DNA from: Octopus vulgaris
Taxonomy: Eukaryota
NCBI GenBank assembly: GCA_951406725.2
Contig: OX597815.1
Span: forward strand, 111,538,001 to 111,602,000
Length of the DNA: 64,000 nt
Direction of reading: 5' to 3'
The position numbers and the translations under genes were made by a program. Below, one piece after another: positions 1 to 14,742 of this stretch. Position 1 is the first letter of the stretch; every line of letters starts with the position of its first letter. The notes below the pieces were generated by a model. That model did no database searches. It had not been told where the DNA came from and saw nothing but the letters and a program-made list of their open reading frames with translations.

Positions 1-35
1 GCTCCGTCTCTGGAATGTAGTTAACATAGACAACT

Positions 36-290
36 TCACATTTGGAACTTGAGAAAAGTTTTGCATATTTCTACTGTTCCACTCACAGATTTCACTTGTA
101 ATGTACGAATCAGCCGGTTGATTTTTCATTCTGAAAATCCCAATTCATCCTAATTCACCATTAAGCATTTACTAACGAAACCTAGTGCTCCAATTATTGT
201 TGGTATGAATATGAATTCATAGTCTGGATATAGAAGCTGGAGGTTTCGCAGCAGTTGTCCATAGATATACTCTTTTTCTTTGATTATACA
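36..290 (-). pseudogene. C-terminal fragment of a restriction-like-endonuclease (REL) non-LTR retrotransposon ORF
   Basis: Minus-strand translation KEYIYGQLLRNLQLLYPDYEFIFIPTIIGALGFV...INRLIRTLQVKSVSGTVEICKTFLKFQM*; the IP.IIGALG motif is typical of REL LINE C-termini; homologous to 29540-29951. Confidence 0.65.
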
Positions 291-2436
291 CTGCATACAA
301 TCTTTTAAATATGCATTATAGTCTGAATTCATTCTGACAAATTAACATAAGGAAACAATGTAATTATTTTGGTTTCTAGTACCGATATAAATATTTTATA
401 AACACTAAAAATGGCTTATTTTTTACGTTGGAAATCTATATGATCATCTGTATTTGAGGAGAGCAGTCTCTTTCAAATTAATGTAATGTTTTAATTCATC
501 GATTGAATGGAGCCGCTTGAAATGGCCGTAATACAATGATACCTGGACATACTTGTTACTTATTTGAATTATGTTCACCTAAATTCCAGGTGCACGGAAT
601 ATACCGGACTGGCTTCGTTCCACACTTTAAGTAGCTAATTGAACTGAATCTTAATTATATATATCTGTATATGTATATGTATATTCATACATGTACGCAT
701 ACATATACTCAACCATACGAATATATATATACATGCACACACATCCACACAGACACACAAACATACGCACGCACGCACACATACACACACACACACACAT
801 ATACATTCTTTAAATTTTTGTTTCAGATTTAAAGGTGTGGTCTTACATATATATCTTGTATATAAATGCTAGTGTGGTTATGTGTGTATATTTCAACCAA
901 GAAGGCTCTGAAACGATGCATTCGCAAACAATTTTGAAATCTGCGTTACAAAGACAGTAAATATATGTTTACTATGTATGTATATCATGTATGCACAAAC
1001 TCAATATTTTTTATATAATAAATTTCTTTTATTCATCGAAATATATCCAATTCATTTTCACATGTATCTAAACGTTCTTGATTTATAGAAAGCAGATTTT
1101 GAACATTTTGCTATTCTCATACACTGTCTCTGAGTAATGTAGCTGTTCATATTTTTTTGTAACAGCATTTTGTATTCTTTTTCTTGCCATGGAAATGAAA
1201 CGTGTTAGAGAAGAGAAAATTTATTCTTATCAGCGAACGATATAACTAATAAAATGTATACGGATTTATAGACATATATTCAAATAGTCATAGACTGATA
1301 CATTTGAATACGTTTAACATTACTGGGCAAAGAAACATGGAACAGCTTCATTTTTTTTACTTTGAAGCCTTACTCAAATTTGTCTGGCTTCTTTCATCCA
1401 CGAATGTAACGTTATTTTTCCATTCTTTCTTTCCTTATTTTTGTTTCTTTATTGTTCATTCTTATAATCCTTTTACATCTCATTATATTATCATCTATAT
1501 GTTTCAAGTCATCTCAACAGTAACCATGCATTGATAGTATGTGCTGCAACTAATTACTTTGCACTTCAATTCATTTCGAAAGAGGATACAGATTCCAAGC
1601 TCACGATATTTACCTATAAAATATAAGCTTACATTGCTTATTTTCTTCAGAGAAAATAACATATTCCTGTAGAACAGAAATGATATAGAAACCCTAAAAA
1701 GCATGAGTAGGTGTGATGGAGACAGTGACTATTAGCATACAAAGAAGTTTGCAGTGAATATAGTGACACATATGTACATGAATGTATGTTCTTTGGTGCA
1801 TCTTTTATGTGTGTGTGTATGAGTGTGTGTGTGTGAGTGAGTGTGTGCGCGAGCGTGTATGTGTGTGTATGTGTACAGCTGTAACAGCTCTAAACAGTTC
1901 TGAGGAGTAAACGGACATTAGGTTTATTAAAATAGGTTTGTGACGGAGAGAACATTTCTCTAAACTAGTAAAAGGTGTGAAAAGCAGACTCCACAACACG
2001 TGCTTCTGGGTCGTTAAACTTAATCAATAGGAGATTACGAACAGAGTTATCTCTGCAGCCGTAGCCTTATCCTTAGAACAAGCAATACAGTGACTGAGTA
2101 GCGCTGGCAGATCGCCTAGTCGGAGTAAATACAGTACTATTAGCGCTATTGCAATGTATCTCTGTGTTATTGAAATATATTTGTGACATATTTTAAATTC
2201 TATAGGAAAATTCTCTGCAGTTATCGCGGAAGAAAAAATTTTCTTTTATGGTAAAAGGTGAAAAAACCATACATCTGCTTCTAGCGGACTCCGAGGCGCG
2301 TTTCTGGTTCTCAATAAAAGAGAAGATACGGAGTTGTGACATATGTGTATGTACGTACGTACGTATGTATATATATATATATGACCGCGATTTTTTTTCC
2401 TCCGTCTTCCCTTCTCTGGATCTTTCCTTTTCCTAT

Positions 2437-2471
2437 GTTTCTGACGAAGAGCTCCGCTCGAAAGGTAAAAC
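2437..2471 (+). ncRNA. Minimal type-I hammerhead ribozyme motif in a solo PLE pLTR-like remnant (about 2270-2570)
   Basis: gttt CTGACGA a gagc-tcc-gctc GAAA gg TA aaac: stem I gttt/aaac, stem II gagc/gctc; stem III GG instead of the palindromic CG (probably mutated). Confidence 0.55.
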
Positions 2472-2571
2472 CCTCCTTCTTCCCTTCCTTTCTGAGCGTC
2501 CAATAATACTATATTTGTTCCACGTCCTCGCGTTGTTGTGTTTTCTCTTTGTGTTTTCATGTTGGGATTAG

Positions 2572-2612
<41 letters not shown>

Positions 2613-2616
<4 letters not shown>

Positions 2617-2712
2617 CCTGCTCGCTTAGCCAGCGGGGTGGCGTCATTTGAAGGCTAAAACTATGTGAAGCGCATTGTGACCAGCGTGAGCACGTGATCT
2701 GGTCGGTCACGT
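2613..2712. repeat. Short dispersed repeat adjacent to (TA)n; inverted second copy at 53073-53185
   Basis: ttggcctgctcgcttagccagcggggtggcgtcatttgaaggctaaaac... is the reverse complement of ...gttttagccttcaaatgacgccaccccgctggctaagcgagcaggccaa near 53135-53184. Confidence 0.75.
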
Positions 2713-2871
2713 GCTCACGTGATGTATATTTAGGTCAATACGGTAATATTCGCACAGCTCGAAGTGAATAAAATCAAAATAAGTAACAGGATGTCAAGTA
2801 TTAGTGCAATACAACTGTTTTAAGCAACTCCATTTAATTGAACAATGTAACCATTACATCAATAGATAATA

Positions 2872-3365
2872 TACTCTTTTTCTTGTTTCAGTTATTTGAG
2901 TGTGGCCATGTGGAGCACCATCTTTAGTCGAGCAAATCGACCCCATTATTCTTTGTCAGCCTAGTACTTATTTTATCGGTCTCTTTTGTTGAACCGCTAG
3001 GTTACGGGGACACAAAACACACCAGCATCGGTTGTCAAGTGATTTTGGGGGGGCGGAACAGACACAAACACACACACACATATATATATACATATACATA
3101 TACAAACGCACTGGGGTCGATGTAATTGACTTAATCCCTTTGTCTGTCCTTGTTTGTCCTCTCTATGTTTAGCCCCTTGTGGGCAATAAAGAAATATATA
3201 CATATATACGATGGGCTTCTTTCAGTTTCCGTCTACCAAATCCACTCACAAGACTCACGAGGCTATAGTAGAAGACACTTGCCCAAGGTGCCACACAGTG
3301 GGACTGAACTCGGAACAATGTGGTTGGTAAGGAAGCTACTTACCCAACAGCCACACCAACGCCTA
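2872..3365 (-). mobile_element. tRNA-derived SINE, family A (head GGCTGTGTGGTAAGTAGCTT...GGTTC), with a nested + strand tail of SINE family B at about 3108-3195
   Basis: A/B-box-like head on the minus strand; homologous to copies at 8363, 14232, 29142, 41045, 51133 and 52060. Confidence 0.75.
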
Positions 3366-3828
3366 TAAAATATGTATATTTTTTCACATAAATTCCATTC
3401 TATATGAAAGTCGTGATCATTGTTTGAGTGACCTTTGTAGCGACCACCTAATAGTTATGTAATGATGAAGTATTAGGGTGATTCTTCATATTAGTTATCT
3501 TCTTTCTAATGTTTAAACTGATCTGTATAACCCTCTTAATTAACATGGTTCCAATACAATTTTAAACATTTTTCCAATTAAAAAATGTTTATTTTATTTT
3601 TATACAAAATAATATTACACGGACTTTTGCTACACCTTCATTATAAACTTTTCCCTTTGAGCTCTTAATATTTCTCTAGATCCCAGTATAGCGTCCTAAG
3701 TTTTACAGCGTTATCCCCTTTAACTGAAAATATTGACAAAAGTTAATGTCCCCTACTCTACCTCTTGTATGGACGTTTATTTCTAATATCTATTTCTTTT
3801 TGTGGCGAGGGATACTTGTGACATATAC

Positions 3829-3894
<66 letters not shown>

Positions 3895-4649
3895 GCTCAA
3901 AGTTCGGTTTTTTTCTGACTTCCATGTGGAGAGAAAATGTGGCGTAGGGACTAGCAGGGTGGCAATGACATCCATATATTGGCCAAAAGATAGCAGTCCC
4001 TGAAAGGTCGGCCAAAAGTGATAAACTCTTACATCATCTCCGTCACATATCACCGTCTAGCTCTCATGCCTTGATCCAGTCACTGTAATAGAACGTCTCC
4101 TCTTTCCTTTTCTGTCGAAGGGAAGACGGGCGCTCTTCTACTGTTAAAACTCGCTGTGTGGAAGACTGAGGCTGCCATGGTGGATGATGCACAGTCATAC
4201 GTTAACACAGTCCCATTCCAGCGATTCGCAGACGGTGAGCAAGTACAGTCACTGTTTATCTAAATATATGTATGCATACGTATACGTACATACGTGTGTG
4301 TGTATGAGAGTGTGTTTTCGTGAGCATTACAATGGTAGGGTGTGGTGTGTACCGGTCTGTGTATGAATATAGGGGTGGACATGATGGACTGCTTATCTCC
4401 ATCACAGCATACACCTTCCTCCTGCATTCTTTCCCAGTCACTTACTTTACTATGCATAGTACTTTAATAGCCAGATGGCACTCGGTGTGCACATTGCTAC
4501 ATATAAGGACTTGCACTGATCTTTGTATCGTATTTTTTGCTCATAGTGCGGAGGAAGTAAGTCGAATGACTAAGAGCCCGAGCTTACTGAAAGACGTGTA
4601 GATTATATAAAGCATGAAACACTAGATCCGTTTTCTGTGTTTATTCGTC

Positions 4650-4717
<68 letters not shown>

Positions 4718-4782
4718 CATATATATATAATATATAGATATATACATATGTACATGTACATATACATATACATATACTTATC

Positions 4783-4867
<85 letters not shown>

Positions 4868-5880
4868 ATATTTATATATATGCATGCATATAGAAATATG
4901 CATATATATATGAATGTTTATATAGGTATTGATATATTTGTATAGATAAATATATGCGAGTATAGTGGGTATATATAGGTGTGTGCGTATGCATGAGCCA
5001 TGAGTGTATGTTTGCCTGTGCGTATTCGCATTTTTGATTGTATGGAAGCCTGGGATAATTTGATTATTATGCGCGCCATATTCAATTAAATTACATAACA
5101 TGATGAGTATTTGTTACATAGAGCTCTGTTGTATATCAACTTTCGTTTCAGCATAATCTGGAAATCAGCTTAATGTAAAATGTTCAGGAGTTTGTCCGCT
5201 TTATTACATTGAAAAGAAATGCACAGAAATACGGGCTTTATAATTACAGAAAATTCAATATGTCATCTTAGACATGTAGTTATATAATCAAAGGAAAACT
5301 AGATTAAACAGTTTTATTTTTATGAATAGAAGATGAATTTCTTAAATACCGATGTAGGTGAGATTTGCTATACGATCAAAAAGAAAAAAATAGGGAAATA
5401 TACGAATATTAAATATAATCAGCATTACATTGCGAAAATTAAATCCTGGCAACATGATTGCCGGGCAGTAAATGCTTCTTTAAATAATTTCAAAATCAAT
5501 TTTTTCTGCATAATTTCCAATTGCATGCTACCCATAGCTCAATGGATGCAGGCCTGTATTACATTTCAAGGTAACCGGGATTCAGTTTCATCTCTTATTT
5601 CACCCAACCATTTCAAAAACCGATAGGGGTCATTGAAGTCCCATTCATCGCGCATGGATATTTGCCATATCGTTTCAGCTTGAAAGATTGCCGATCTTCC
5701 GTAGTACTCCATAGAAGACCATACACGTACTGCACCATCCGAGCATGAAACTTGAAGTAGCACACATAAGATTCCAACCTTATGAAGCGATATGTGTCCG
5801 TGTGTACACATGTATGCATGTGCATAGACAAGTGCCTATCTATCTATCTATATGTACTCGCACACACACAAGCATTTATG

Positions 5881-5962
<82 letters not shown>

Positions 5963-6311
5963 TATGTGTGTGTGTGTGTGTACATATACATAAGACACAT
6001 ATATGTAATCATAGGGTTTGTTCATAAGGTAACCCAGATTTTATAGTATCACATCAATTAACTGCTGCAGTGTGTTGCCGCTTTCACTGCTGTCTAGACG
6101 TGACATTATTCCCTTGGTACTTTTAACATATTTATGCTACGTCAATTGGTTATAAACACATATTTACCAAATTGTATGGTTAGTAAAGAAACACACCGCA
6201 GGAAAAGCGAAGCGTTTCTATGAAATGCTATTCCAGATAGAGTAAAGAGTAGAATTTAACCAGATTAAGGTGGTGGTGAAGGAAGAGAGGAGGTGGAAGA
6301 GCAGGAGTGGA

Positions 6312-6361
<50 letters not shown>

Positions 6362-6362
<1 letters not shown>

Positions 6363-6747
6363 GATGGAAGCACTCCGTCGGTTACGACGATGAGGGTTCC
6401 GGTTGATCCGAATCAACGGAACAGCCTGCTCGTGAAATTAACGTGTAAGTGGCTGAGCACTCCACAGACACGTGCACCCTTAACGTAGTTCTCGGGGATA
6501 TTCAGCGTGACACAGAGAGGGACAAGACCGGCCCCTTGAAATACAGGTACAACAGAAACAGGAAGTAAGAGTGAGAGAAAGTTGTGGTGAAAGAGTACAG
6601 CAGGGATCACCACCATCCCCTGCCGGAGCCTCGTGGAGCTTTTGGGAGTATTCGCTCAATAAACACTCACAATGCCCGGTCTGGGAATCGAAACCGCGAT
6701 CCTATGACCGCGAGTCAGCTGTCCTAACCACTGGGCCATTGCGCCTC
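6362..6747 (-). mobile_element. tRNA-derived SINE inserted between two (AAT)n arrays
   Basis: Minus strand begins gaggcgcaaTGGCCCAGTGGttagg...GGTTTCGATTCCcagaccggg (Pol III A and B boxes); flanked by (AAT)n on both sides. Confidence 0.8.
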
Positions 6748-6756
6748 TACAATATT

Positions 6757-6778
6757 AATAATAATAATAATAATAATG

Positions 6779-6861
<83 letters not shown>

Positions 6862-6920
6862 AAGAAGAAAAAGAAGAAGAAGAAAAAGAAGAAGAAGAAG
6901 AAGAAGAGTAGGAGGAGGAG
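6757..6920. repeat. Compound trinucleotide microsatellite (AAT)n-(AAG)n-(AGG)n
   Basis: Seen directly. Confidence 0.95.
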
Positions 6921-7489
6921 TTAAAAAGGACAGCAAGAAAACTATGTAATTGCGTAGATGTTTGTAAAAGACTAGACCATTTTCAAATTAAAGTTAAATT
7001 ATCCAAAGTAATTGACTCGATTTATATTTCACACTTTCTAAATTAAGAGAATTATTTGTTCATTAGCACGTCACCTGATGTCGATAGGATGGAATTATTT
7101 TGTAACCGCCCAACAGGATTCTATTAAATATTCTGAACAATATGAACGAACGGGAGGGTAAATAATATGCAATTTTACTGTAATCGTAGCGTAATGACTT
7201 TCAGTATAATTAAATCAGAATTTAGAAACATTCGCTGTAATAAACCATGTAGCTCATTACAGAAATATTCCAATTTCATAAGTGGTGTTTATTTAAGAAT
7301 GGTTCCAACTGTCCTGGACATAAATTGAATGTAAGCATAATCTTAAATATCTCTCGTAAATTAATTTTTTTTTCAATACACATATACATACATGCGTACA
7401 TGTCCTATATATGCACATAAATTTATTGTCCATATATATATATATATATATATACATATATACATATAGGTACACTGAAACCTAATTTA

Positions 7490-7750
7490 TGTTACTCAAC
7501 AGGCCCTGCCCTGTTTAACATTGTCCCGAAAGAGATCAAAGAGGAAAAGTATGCCATCACCTTTAGACGGAGTCTGGAGATATTTCTGCAAGGAATACCG
7601 TATAAACTACCCATACCTGGATGCAACTCACTCAACAAGAACTCACTTCTTCAAAGCACCATAAACAAAACTTGACTTAAACAGGTTTTAGATAATCCTA
7701 TCAAGTGGTGCTATTAAGTTAGACATGGCCGGGACAAATATCTAAGTTTA
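7490..7750 (+). mobile_element. 3' end fragment of the CR1/L2-like LINE family also present at 41310-42990
   Basis: gccctgccctgtttaacattgtcccgaaagagatcaaagaggaaaag... and tcctatcaagtggtgctattaagttagacatggc align with 42733-42960. Confidence 0.65.
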
Positions 7751-8299
7751 TATATATATATATACAAGCATACAAAACATAAGAAAACTTATGGGGTGAG
7801 TAAATCAGAATTCCGCCCATATTTCACCTGCTTACGTTTGACCACAAATGCAGTCAAGCATAAACTGACGGCTTCGAAATACTCTTTTCTTACTATGTAA
7901 AAATGATCAAAATATATACCTCTGTAACTTTTTGTAAAATAATTTCCTGATAAAAGTGAACTCTCCTCTGAAATTCAGCATGGACAATTACATCAATACA
8001 ACGATTATTATTTCCACGGGTGCAGCTAAACAGGAAGGATCCAAATATAAGAACTTCCAAAACTAATATCAAGAAAATTTGATTTAGTTTATTTCAATTT
8101 TTCATTCCATTGTATTATAGCTTCAAGAGGTCACCTTAAACAGTAAAAAAAAAATTACGGAGAAACAACAACCGCGACCAACGATACTACAACACTCACA
8201 AGTGGTGGTTGGCGATTGGCACAGACACAGACACACAGATGTACACAAGTATATAAAGAAGTAAATAATTAAATGTATATACATATATGCGTGTGTGGG

Positions 8300-8359
<60 letters not shown>

Positions 8360-8362
8360 TAT

Positions 8363-8583
8363 ACTCTCTTTACTCTTTTACTCTTTTACCTGTTTCAGTC
8401 ATTTGACTGCGGCCATGCTGGAGCACCGCCTTTCGTCGAGGAAAATCGCCCCCCGGGACTTATACTTTGTAAGCCCAGTACTTATTCTATCGGTCTCTTT
8501 TGCCGAACCGCTAAGTGACGGGGACGTAAACACACCAGGATCGGTTGTCAAGCAATGCTAGGGAGACAAACACAGACACACAA

Positions 8584-8660
<77 letters not shown>

Positions 8661-8810
8661 TATATACGACTGGCTTCTTTCAGTTTCCGTCTCCCAAATC
8701 CACTCCCAAGGCTTTGGTCGGCCCGAGGCTATAGCAGAAGACACTTGCCCAAGTGGGACTGATCCCGTAACCATGTGGTTGGTTAGCAAGCTACTTACCA
8801 CACAGCCACT
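8363..8810 (-). mobile_element. tRNA-derived SINE family A, near full length, with internal (CA)/(TA) microsatellite
   Basis: Clear homology to the other family A copies; head at the 8810 end. Confidence 0.8.
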
Positions 8811-8811
8811 C

Positions 8812-8859
<48 letters not shown>

Positions 8860-9123
8860 CTGTGTATGTATATATATATATATATATATGAATGTGTGTG
8901 TACTATTCAATCAAAAGACAATATCAGAACATAAAATGGGATAATTTTAATAAATGAATATTAATGGAAATAAATACAATTGACATATAAATATATTCAC
9001 ATGTTAATATAATATAGTTATACTATAAAAAGATATAATATAATATAATATGACAAATAAATAAATCATATATATCCTAAAATTTTTCAATTCATATCCA
9101 CTGGTGAATTTGTAAAAAACACA

Positions 9124-10030
<907 letters not shown>

Positions 10031-10414
10031 AGAATTATTCTAATTTATATATGCATACTAATATGAACGTTATTCTCAGTAATTAACAAGAGGAAAATCA
10101 CAAATTTACTTAATTTATAAGAGGAAAACAACCACTGTAATTAAATGTTTATAAATTTATACATTCATTGCTTGCGGAAAAAATAACAGGAAATACATAT
10201 TTATAAACACGAAAGGGCCTTTTATAAAATTAGTTATATACTATTAGTATTAAGTTTAATTTATATATTTATAATCATTTAATATAACGGTGATAGCTTA
10301 ATAACTTATATATTAAATTTAACTAAGAATATAGTGATACAATTACCATTTAAGACGAATAAGTTATAGCCCTTAGTACTAGATTTATTTATCAAATCAC
10401 AAAAATATTATAAA

Positions 10415-10560
<146 letters not shown>

Positions 10561-10892
10561 ATCATGGTGGTAGTGATAGAATTCCTTTTGTTCTTTTTGG
10601 AAAACCTATATATAAATACACACACACACTCACACATATATATATATAGAGATAGAGAGACACACACACACACACATATATATGTGTGTGTGTATGTTTT
10701 GTATGTATCTATATATTTTTACTTAATAAATTGAAAAGATGAAATGACACGGTCGGTAGTGGACTGGTGGACTGGAAAAAGTACTAAACATTATTCTCTC
10801 TGCAGCTATGTTCTGAGATTGGGTTCTATGGAGTTTGCCTTTCATCCGTAACAGTAAATATATTAACAACAACTCGGTTACTGTAACTTATT

Positions 10893-10957
<65 letters not shown>

Positions 10958-11427
10958 CTATGTGTGCGTGTGCGCGCACATATGTATCTATGTTTCTTTG
11001 TATGTATATATATTTGAATTTGTATAGATTTTAAATAATTCGATAATTAATTAGATTCATGACTCAACAAATAAAATGATACTAATTTTTTGATTTAAAA
11101 AAAATTCATTGGTGCATGAGGTTGTGGTAGAACTTTTAACGATGACGTGAACAAACTTTTTAAATATGATTATATATCTTTTGGAATAATTATGCATTTA
11201 TAAATATTTCTCGTATACCCCTTAAGATTTAGTATATATATCATAATATTCTGTTCTTTCGAACTTACATGCACATAGAAATTATGGAAATATAAAACTA
11301 TTTCTTTCCTTTCGTTTATTTTCTTTGGTAAAACTAAGTACTTGTTTGATTATTTATTTCTTTATCATTATCATTGTGATATAAGAAATATTAGAGTTTA
11401 TAATAACCGTAACTTTATGCATATTGT

Positions 11428-13370
11428 ACCGCAGCTAACCTGGCTACACAAAACACAAACAAGGAACCTTGCCCACCACTGTGCAAGACCACCACAGTCA
11501 ACACACGGGATGGCCTCCCCTAACGCCTGCACAGTCGTGACCCCAATACTTTTACTAAATATTGGGGGCCTATTGCATCAAAATAAAACAAAATTTCTTT
11601 CCTGAGAGATGTTACTGCATGCAATCAAGCCCTGTGCATAGCGCTCGTGGAAACGCACCTCAGCCCTGATATAGAGGATGCAGAATTACACGTACCAAAC
11701 TATACTGCGAACAAACAGAACGGAACGGAGTCATGGTTCCTTTCCCTTCTGTCTGTTCGCAGTAAGACATAGTTTGGTACGTGAACTTCTGCATCCTCTA
11801 TATAAGAGCTGAGGTGTAAGCATACACTGGCAAAACCCCTCCAGAACCTCTTCCAAGCAAGCTGAAGGAGAGGATAATATACCCAATATATAATGGGGGA
11901 AGTAGAGCAGATCCCAAAAACTATAGACCTATCTCTCTGACTTCATACATCAGCAAAGTCATGGAACGGATAGTCAGAGGGAAACTAATCGCATTCCTTG
12001 AAGGAAATACCTTGCTGAGTGATACCCTCCATGGTTTTTGGCCAGGTAGAAGCGGCCTGATCCAGTTCTTACGTTATGACTGGGTGTTGAGGTAATTACT
12101 CAACAAATCAAATGTGGGCATAATATATGTTGATTTTGCAAAAGTTTTTGACAAGGTGGATCAGGGTATGATATGCCACAAACTGCGTGACCTTGACATA
12201 GCTGGAAAACTTGGAGAGTGGTTACATGACTTCCTGAAAGATAGGGGCCACGCATTAGTTGCTAATGGAGCCACCTCTATACACACACAAATAGTGAGAG
12301 GTGTTCCACAGGTCACAGTCTTGCGACCACTGCTTTTTATAGTGACCATCTCAGATATGCCCTCAAATGCCCGGATAGCCACCCTTGCAAGCTATGCAGA
12401 TGGTACAAATGTCTCGCAGAAAATATAGAATCGCAGCAAAGTTGCATACCTGCAGCAGGAGTTGGACTCAATTTACAAATGGGCTGAGGATAATAATATG
12501 CAGTTTAATGCTGAAATATTCCAAGCCTTGCTCTATCAGCATCCAAAACTTAATTTGAAACTTACAGAGAACACCGGTCCACAGGGAATTCCAATCCCAG
12601 AGCGTAAGTCAGTTAGGGATCTGGGTATCGACATGAGTGTTGATACCTCTTTCCAATTGCACATTACCAGGATAGCGACAAAGTGCAGACGACTGGTTTG
12701 ATGGATCCTTACAACATTCAGAATCAGAGATAAGGAAACCATGATGATCCTCTGGCGGACATTCGTCCTCAGTCGCCCGGATTACTGCTCACAACTATAG
12801 TCACCCACCAATGTGAAATTCAAAGCGGACCTTGAACCAATCCAGAGAAGATTCACAAAGAAGATCGTCTCCTTGCAACAGCCCAGCTACTGAGAAAGGG
12901 TGAAACAGTTAAGACTCTATTCCCTAGAGAGAAGACGGGAGAGGTATGCAGTAATATATATCTGGAAGAATCTGGAAGGAATTGTGCCAAATTTTGGCAT
13001 TGAAAGCTACACCAGTGCCAGAACAGGAAGACACTGCATAGTGCCAAATTTCCCAGCAATCGCGCTTGAAGACCAGGTACTGCAACAGCCTGGGTTTCAA
13101 GGGCCTACAGCTTTTAAATATTCTCCCAGAATCTGAAGAACTTGCACAAAGTAAATTCAGGGTTTTTTAAATCAAAGCTGGACCTCTTCCTGTCGAGAGT
13201 CCCAGATGAACCGACGTCACGGCAAGAGGTGCAAATAAGGCTAGCTATATCAAACTCTATGCTTCACCAAGTGCCACGTAATAGAGGAGGTATTTAGTAA
13301 TAACAGTGTAGCAAAACGGCGGTGCATCAGCATGGCCACAGCTCTGAGCTGAAACTAGAGGAAAAAAGAA
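11428..13370 (+). mobile_element. Decayed APE-type non-LTR retrotransposon (CR1/L2-like): endonuclease start, internal deletion, RT and 3' end
   Basis: EN-like ALVETHLSPDIEDAELHVPNY; RT motifs NYRPISLTS, IYVDFAKVFDKVD, GVPQ.TVL.PLLF, YADG (YADD), RDLGI, YSLERRRERY; several stops and frameshifts. Confidence 0.9.
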
Positions 13371-14101
13371 ATATTTAACATCGGTGTTTAACTCTTGAAT
13401 TAATGATTCCTCGACTGAAAGATTTTTTTAATGAATTTCGTAAGTGAATATGATATATCCTTATTTATTTTTTGACAATAGTATGTAGAAAAATTAAAAA
13501 TATATTTCCTACTCCACCTTAAATTCTTGATATATTATATAGATTCTATTATGTTGATTTTATATAATAAAAATGGTCAGTGATTATTTTAGATTAATTT
13601 ATCATAAGAAACTTTTATGACCGTTGTAATTGTTTTGTTTATTTAATTTATTTTTTCTATCTGAATTTTGGTTTCGTTTTATATTCATTATACGTTCAGA
13701 TTATTAAAGCTCACGCTTGTAAACATGAGTATATTTTACATCAGTCAGTTTTATGATTTAGCAATGCTTTGCATGAAATTATTGTTTATTCTTTAGAGAA
13801 ATATGAATCTGACGAGATTCATATAAATAACTTTTAATATTTTCATCTTGTATATATATTTGTAATTTTTTCTTTTTCCTTTTTATTTACCTATGCGCGC
13901 GCGCGTGTGTGTATGTAGTGTGTATATGTGTGTGCATGAATAAATAATGGGTGTATATATGTAAAAGAGTGCAAGACTGCGTCCAGTGGATATGTGCGAC
14001 TTCATGCAAACGCTCCCTTCTTTATACGGATATACATATGCTTGTATATGTGCGAGGTTAGGTGTGTGATGGGAGGATGTATGTATATATACGCATAGAC
14101 G

Positions 14102-14152
<51 letters not shown>

Positions 14153-14197
14153 TATATAAATATATGCATATATACATACATATATGTACATACCTAC

Positions 14198-14231
<34 letters not shown>

Positions 14232-14235
<4 letters not shown>

Positions 14236-14375
14236 TCTTTTACTCTTTTACTCTTTTACTTGTTTCAGTCATTTGGCTGCGGCCATGTGGTAATGAACCC
14301 GGAAGCATGTGGTTGGTGAGCAAGCTACTTACCACACAGCCACTCCTGCACCTATACAGCCACTCCTGCGCCTAT
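14232..14375 (-). mobile_element. Internally deleted SINE family A copy with a 20-bp tandem duplication of its 5' end next to the PLE junction
   Basis: acagccactcctgc(a/g)cctat repeated at 14336-14355 and 14356-14375. Confidence 0.7.
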
Positions 14376-14379
14376 ATAT

Positions 14380-14715
14380 ATACAGTTTGTAAAACCTAGC
14401 ACTCTGGAGCCTACCCAGCTGTATTTATAGCACAGAATCACTCATCTTGCTACAGTCAAAAATTGTGAAGCATGACTGTCAACACTACTACATGAACCCG
14501 AAGATTGCAGAATTCAATGCATGAAAGTACTAGTTCAATCAGAATGAATATTTAACATTCTACTATTTCATTTTATTTTATTCAATTATAATATATTATC
14601 TTATAATATATCATTATAAGATTGTAAATAAAACGTGAAAATCAGACAAGGTTGGAATTCTTTTTATTAATATATTCTTCTATACACAATCACACACACC
14701 CATATATATATATAT
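14380..14715 (+). repeat. 5' pLTR (5'-truncated copy of the 3' end)
   Basis: Matches 18650-18985 with about 3 substitutions seen by eye. Confidence 0.92.
14493..14537 (+). ncRNA. Minimal hammerhead ribozyme variant (5' pLTR)
   Basis: tgaac CCGAAGA t tgca-gaattcaa-tgca t GAAA gtac TA gttca: stem I tgaac/gttca, palindromic stem III AGTACT, core C at position 4 instead of U. Confidence 0.72.
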
Positions 14716-14742
14716 CTATATTCCTATTGTGTATATGCCAAC

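Noticed and set aside
3890-4260. Possible RTE LINE 3' remnant on the minus strand
   Set aside because: Only a faint RLRIAG-like resemblance; not supportable without a search.
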